Positions 53,480 to 56,988 of a stretch of 56,988 nt of DNA are shown piece after piece. The first letter of the stretch is position 1. Each line of letters opens with the position of its first letter. Under the pieces are notes generated by a model. That model searched no databases. It was not told the origin of the DNA and saw only the letters and a list, made by a program, of their open reading frames with translations. The DNA is from a virus. Lineage: Duplodnaviria; Caudoviricetes. Position numbers and translations under genes: made by a program. Location of the stretch: positions 1 through 56,988 of IMG/VR virus record IMGVR_UViG_3300018080_000023, one strand, 5' to 3'.

Positions 53480-53856
53480 TTTTTCTCCTTCAGGAACACG
53501 TGGTTCCCGGTTCTTAGAATCTCCTGCATCTGTTTCGCCCAGCTTGGGCTACACAGTGAGGGGTTATAGTAATGTGTTGCAGACGTGCTACACTCAAACT
53601 CGCCCCGGACCATCTTCCGGGCTATCTCCTGCGCCATAACCCACTCAGGGTCGTCGTGCCAAGGGAGCTCTACCTCCTCTACACTCTTGCCATTCCAGCA
53701 ACTGAACTGGTAAGGCTTCAGGCAGACCGACCTCAAGTCTCTAATCTCTCCGCCTGCGCGATTCCAGATCACAGAAGCCACGAGTTCCATGCCTCGATCA
53801 CCCTCGCTCCGGGCCTCCCAGTAAAGAGTTAAAGCCAAAACTAACATTAGTCTCAT
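53476..53856 (-). CDS. SleB-like cell wall hydrolase (Hydrolase_2)
   Basis: LALTLYWEARSE, VASVIWNR, QFSCWN, ATHYYNP, PSWA, GNHVF. Confidence 0.9.
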   Translation of the reverse strand: MRLMLVLALTLYWEARSEGDRGMELVASVIWNRAGGEIRDLRSVCLKPYQFSCWNGKSVEEVELPWHDDPEWVMAQEIARKMVRGEFECSTSATHYYNPSLCSPSWAKQMQEILRTGNHVFLKEKK

Positions 53857-54137
53857 AGCGTAACCCACCTTCCGTCTTCAAGATAATCGATCCTTGTGGC
53901 GCCTGCATTGGGTGTGCCAAAGTCGTCTAAAGGAATAAAACCGTCCTCGCTGGAGGCATCACCTATAAACAGACCATCATAATACAACTCGTCATCGTCG
54001 TCATACATGCGGAACTTATGACCCTCTCCCTTCTGTAATCTTTCCAGTGTTTCAGCATCAATGCTACAAGGTCCGCGAACTCCAGTCTCATCGCCGCCGC
54101 TAATATGATCTACCGTTATCATCCAGCCGTAACTCAT
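53853..54137 (-). CDS. conserved acidic phage protein
   Basis: FRMYDDDDELYYDG...PLDDFG.PNAG. Confidence 0.7.
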   Translation of the reverse strand: MSYGWMITVDHISGGDETGVRGPCSIDAETLERLQKGEGHKFRMYDDDDELYYDGLFIGDASSEDGFIPLDDFGTPNAGATRIDYLEDGRWVTL

Positions 54138-54484
54138 GATCTCCTCCTGTTCTTATATGAACCCAATTGCCTGAGCTCAAAAAATCCCTTCAGCCTTGGT
54201 TCGCGATACATTGCAAACCGAGCCAGATATCCAATGACGTTATTGTTAATCTTAAACCCCGAGGCGTCAGGACCATGCTTCATGTCGTAATGCCAGCGGA
54301 GCCTATTAGCCAAGGCCCAGTGGCTGTACTTTTTAAAGCCTCTCTGCCGGAGCCCCCACGCCAGCTTGATAAACTTATTAGCTATCTCCCGGCCTGTGTC
54401 AGAGTGAACCCACTCCTGAAACCAAGGTGGCAGAGCCTCAAAGCCTTTAGTGTTATCGCTGAAGTCCATCTGTGTTCCGGTCAT
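54134..54484 (-). CDS. conserved phage hypothetical protein
   Basis: G.KKYS...LRW...FKINNN....LAR......GFFELR. Confidence 0.7.
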   Translation of the reverse strand: MTGTQMDFSDNTKGFEALPPWFQEWVHSDTGREIANKFIKLAWGLRQRGFKKYSHWALANRLRWHYDMKHGPDASGFKINNNVIGYLARFAMYREPRLKGFFELRQLGSYKNRRRS

Positions 54485-54702
54485 GCGTCCACCTCCTCAT
54501 GATCTTCTTCCATCTCGGCTCCGCATTCCTGACAGATTCCGTTAGGCTCCCACATCTCTACCTTGCCATAGGCATCATCATAAGAAGCATCCCGCGCATC
54601 CTGCTGTTGCCATTCCTCGCACTCAGGACACCACATCTTGTCAGAATACTCTATGGCCCTCTCTCTGCTTACTGCTGTTATGCTACCCGTTATCATTGCC
54701 AA
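54481..54702 (-). CDS. zinc-ribbon protein
   Basis: CPECE...CQECG. Confidence 0.6.
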   Translation of the reverse strand: MAMITGSITAVSRERAIEYSDKMWCPECEEWQQQDARDASYDDAYGKVEMWEPNGICQECGAEMEEDHEEVDA

Positions 54703-54919
54703 CCTCCTGTCTGTCTGCTCTAACTTTTATCCCCATAAGAACTGTAGGCTTTCTGATGTGCCACTTACCATCGCTCTCTCTCCATGCCAACCTGCCGCAA
54801 TATGGACAGTGCTTGTAATCACCCGTAAGCCGCTTCATAGGCCGCGAGCACATACAGTACTCGGGCTCAGCTCCCGGCGCCCGTCTTGCTCTCTTCTTTC
54901 TTGTATACGCTGTAGTCAC
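54683..54919 (-). CDS. zinc-ribbon protein
   Basis: CMC...CPYCG. Confidence 0.55.
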   Translation of the reverse strand: MTTAYTRKKRARRAPGAEPEYCMCSRPMKRLTGDYKHCPYCGRLAWRESDGKWHIRKPTVLMGIKVRADRQEVGNDNG

Positions 54920-55134
54920 TTGTCACCTCTTTCTACTAGAATGCATCCCAGCTCTTGAAGATCATCCCGGCTATACCTGCCCGTAGACAGCACGCCTGTC
55001 TGGAATCTCAACCTGTAGAGCACGCAGTCAAACTTGTCCCGCTCAGTGGTTCGCTGGATGACCGCCCGTGTGGCCTTGCTCTCAATCACATCACCCGTCT
55101 TGAGTTTGTCTGGAAGAATATCCATTAGATGCAA
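54916..55134 (-). CDS. hypothetical protein
   Basis: coupled ORF in the minus-strand operon. Confidence 0.55.
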   Translation of the reverse strand: MHLMDILPDKLKTGDVIESKATRAVIQRTTERDKFDCVLYRLRFQTGVLSTGRYSRDDLQELGCILVERGDK

Positions 55135-55517
55135 GTCCTGAATCGATTTACGGTTTCATCATAACGAGAATCTTTCCACGCAATTTGACCATTACCGTAG
55201 GCTCCGGTCCTGATTTGATATATCCACTCTGCGCCATTCCACTTGCACCACCTCTTTGCCCAAGATCGGCCACCGTTCTTTGGGTCGCGCCAATAAATAA
55301 CAGGCTCGTCCAGAGGCGTTGATTTAGAAAGGTATACGCCAACCTTGCAAGGGTGCACTCGCACCTCAATGGAACCCACACCATCGCGGAACTCTCGAAA
55401 CCCAATTGATTTAATGCGAGGATCGTAGAGATCCTCAGTGATGATGTCCTTTTTCATTTCTGCTGTCTTCATCTTGTTACCTCCATCTGCTGTTTTGTTG
55501 TTACCTTTCTCGATCAT
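55125..55517 (-). CDS. first gene of the leftward early operon, hypothetical
   Basis: lies just downstream of the strong promoter; alternative start MKTAEM has a GGAGGT RBS. Confidence 0.6.
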   Translation of the reverse strand: MIEKGNNKTADGGNKMKTAEMKKDIITEDLYDPRIKSIGFREFRDGVGSIEVRVHPCKVGVYLSKSTPLDEPVIYWRDPKNGGRSWAKRWCKWNGAEWIYQIRTGAYGNGQIAWKDSRYDETVNRFRTCI

Positions 55518-55525
55518 CTGGCAAT

Positions 55526-55554
55526 AGTTTAGCGGAGCTCATAATATATGTCAA
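55526..55554 (-). promoter_or_regulatory. strong sigma70 promoter of the leftward operon
   Basis: TTGACA-N17-TAAACT with upstream A-tracts (UP-like). Confidence 0.8.
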
Positions 55555-55609
55555 CATCTTTTTTATCTTTTTTAACACCTCAAAAATATCGCCCTCCCGA
55601 AAATAGGTG

Positions 55610-55638
55610 TTGACGCTAAGAACTACTGCCGCTATTAT
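55610..55638 (+). promoter_or_regulatory. sigma70 promoter (rightward 1)
   Basis: TTGACG-N17-TATTAT. Confidence 0.75.
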
Positions 55639-55765
55639 CGCTTTTGAAATGAACAGCGAAGACAAAACAATCATCACCTCCTGTGGGGCGGTGTGCTTTG
55701 TGTCCTCAATGACGCCGGGTCAGTTACCACCCGTTCGCTGGGCCACCGCCCCCTCCATTTTTTTG

Positions 55766-55794
55766 TTGACTCACAAATCTGGAGAGTCTATATT
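55766..55794 (+). promoter_or_regulatory. sigma70 promoter (rightward 2)
   Basis: TTGACT-N17-TATATT. Confidence 0.75.
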
Positions 55795-55922
55795 CGCGAA
55801 ATGAAACAAGATAAACACCAACTGATTAATCAAATCAACTGTGGCGGGGGAGCTGTGTCCGTAAGGCTCAGCGAGGTGTGGTGCCTACTTGTTCCCCCGC
55901 CTCCATCTACAAGGAAACACCG

Positions 55923-56813
55923 ATGAAGTTGCCGTATTTCAAATTCATGGTTAACGACTGGATCTCTGGCGACATTACACTGGAGGATCTCCAGCTTCAG
56001 GGAATCTTCGTAAATATCTGCGCCTTGGTCTGGAAGCATGACGGTCGATATAGCAGAATAGCAAAGCTATCCAAGCGTTTAGGTCTGCCATTAGCAGAGT
56101 TAAATCGTGCTATAGAGGCCTTAATTGAGAGCGATTTAGTGTACCGCGATGAAGAGGGTTGTCTCCGCGTGGGATTCATTGACGAACAGCTCGGCGAGGT
56201 TTCGCAAGTCCATGCAAATAAAGTACTTGCAGGCAGGCTCGGGGCCCTGAAGAGATGGGGTGGTAAAGCAGACAAGCAGACCCATGATAGCAGAATAGCA
56301 GACCCATCTAATAAAGAGTCAGAATCAGAATCAGAAAAAGAATCAGAAAAAGAGTCAGACAAAGAGGATGGGCTGGCGGCGACTTACGAGGAGTATCCTC
56401 TTTTTAAGAAGCTTCATGAATGCCCGGACCTCAGGAGGATCTCTTTAGAGCAATATCTCAGAGCCGTTCAGAGTAGGAGTAAGTTCATGGATCTTGATAA
56501 GGCCATCGAGGAGGTGGTTAGGAGGGCTCATATCCAGTCGCCTATATCTAAGCCCGGATCTTTTCTGGATGCCCAGCTCAGCTACTGGGAGAAAGACCAT
56601 GCCGCCGACATCAGCAAGCGGCGTAAAGCACACAAAAGACTTCAGAGGTACATCGCCGAAATGGCTGAATGCATTGTAGAGTACCGGGCTAACCCGAAAC
56701 ACTCAATGTACAGCAATGGGGGCATTGAGCGAATGGCGACTGAGTTCGCCCGAGAACATGGAGATCATGCCTTGGAGATGGCGGAGAAGATGGCGGGTGA
56801 AGCGCAATTTTAA
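55923..56813 (+). CDS. replication initiator-like protein (DUF1376/YdaU-type N-terminus)
   Basis: MKLPYFKFMVNDWISG...LQGIF..I...W, wHTH-like region, AGRLGALKRW, central ESESES linker; AAGGA RBS. Confidence 0.75.
   Translation: MKLPYFKFMVNDWISGDITLEDLQLQGIFVNICALVWKHDGRYSRIAKLSKRLGLPLAELNRAIEALIESDLVYRDEEGCLRVGFIDEQLGEVSQVHANKVLAGRLGALKRWGGKADKQTHDSRIADPSNKESESESEKESEKESDKEDGLAATYEEYPLFKKLHECPDLRRISLEQYLRAVQSRSKFMDLDKAIEEVVRRAHIQSPISKPGSFLDAQLSYWEKDHAADISKRRKAHKRLQRYIAEMAECIVEYRANPKHSMYSNGGIERMATEFAREHGDHALEMAEKMAGEAQF
56313..56366 (+). repeat. purine-rich short repeats inside the initiator gene (candidate origin)
   Basis: repeated GA(A/G)TCAGA units; ATAGCAGAATAGCA also at 56050-56063 and 56287-56300. 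Confidence 0.5.
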
Positions 56814-56840
56814 AGCATTACGTTAAGAGGCACTATAAGG

Positions 56841-56988
56841 ATGACTAATAGTAATACTAAGCAGAATCTGTCGAACAAGTCAATCTCAGCCGGAGACTTA
56901 GACAACAATACTCATATTGAATACAGCGCGATAGAGGGTACATTCCCGAACTATAAGCAGGTTTTGCCAGACTTCCACAAGATGGAAG
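56841..56988 (+). CDS. 5' part of the beta-clamp-like gene (continues at 124-350)
   Basis: ATG 56841 after GAGG; frame open across the junction. Confidence 0.7.
   Translation, partial: MTNSNTKQNLSNKSISAGDLDNNTHIEYSAIEGTFPNYKQVLPDFHKME
56866..56988. repeat. 123-bp terminal direct repeat (copy 2)
   Basis: identical to 1-123. Confidence 0.97.

Noticed and set aside
52883-55800. Lambda-like lysis/lysogeny switch
   Set aside because: Divergent promoters exist, but no CI/Cro pair flanks them and no integrase or partition genes were recognised; lifestyle cannot be assigned from this.
1-56988. Stop-codon reassignment
   Set aside because: Core genes are intact in the standard code, TAA, TAG and TGA all end coupled genes, and no tRNA has a suppressor anticodon.

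Overview
A complete, circularly assembled tailed dsDNA phage genome of 56,865 bp. Bases 1-123 are identical to 56866-56988, and one gene reads across that junction. The layout is podovirus-like. A divergent sigma70-type promoter region at about 55.5-55.8 kb drives a minus-strand early block (55.5 to 45.2 kb). That block holds a SleB-like hydrolase, an HTH-sigma70-region-4 fusion, a probable annealase plus PD-(D/E)XK nuclease, an Rnl2-type RNA ligase, RtcB and DUF1064, and a counter-oriented array of nine tRNAs touches the rtcB stop codon. The plus strand carries a replication initiator, a single-domain beta-clamp-like protein, small accessory genes joined by repeated junction sequences, TerS and an intein-containing TerL. 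A 6-kb accessory insert follows (metallophosphoesterase, ClpP, HAD-DUF5664-like fusion, acyl carrier protein), then portal, scaffold, major capsid, adaptors, tail proteins and a 3322-aa polyvalent protein. The most unusual signal is that several apparent outer-virion proteins (decoration-like protein, beta-helix tail spike, LamG protein and neighbours) start with classical Sec-type signal peptides and are enriched in Thr-Asn dipeptides. This suggests exported, possibly modified, virion parts. Next in interest are the tRNA array with non-canonical identity and anticodon-loop bases beside two chemically complementary RNA ligases, and the giant protein punctuated by a recurring (R/K/S)-(F/Y)-A motif. 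I recognised no integrase, DNA polymerase, helicase, reverse transcriptase or CRISPR array. All family calls come from motif recognition by eye, not database searches.
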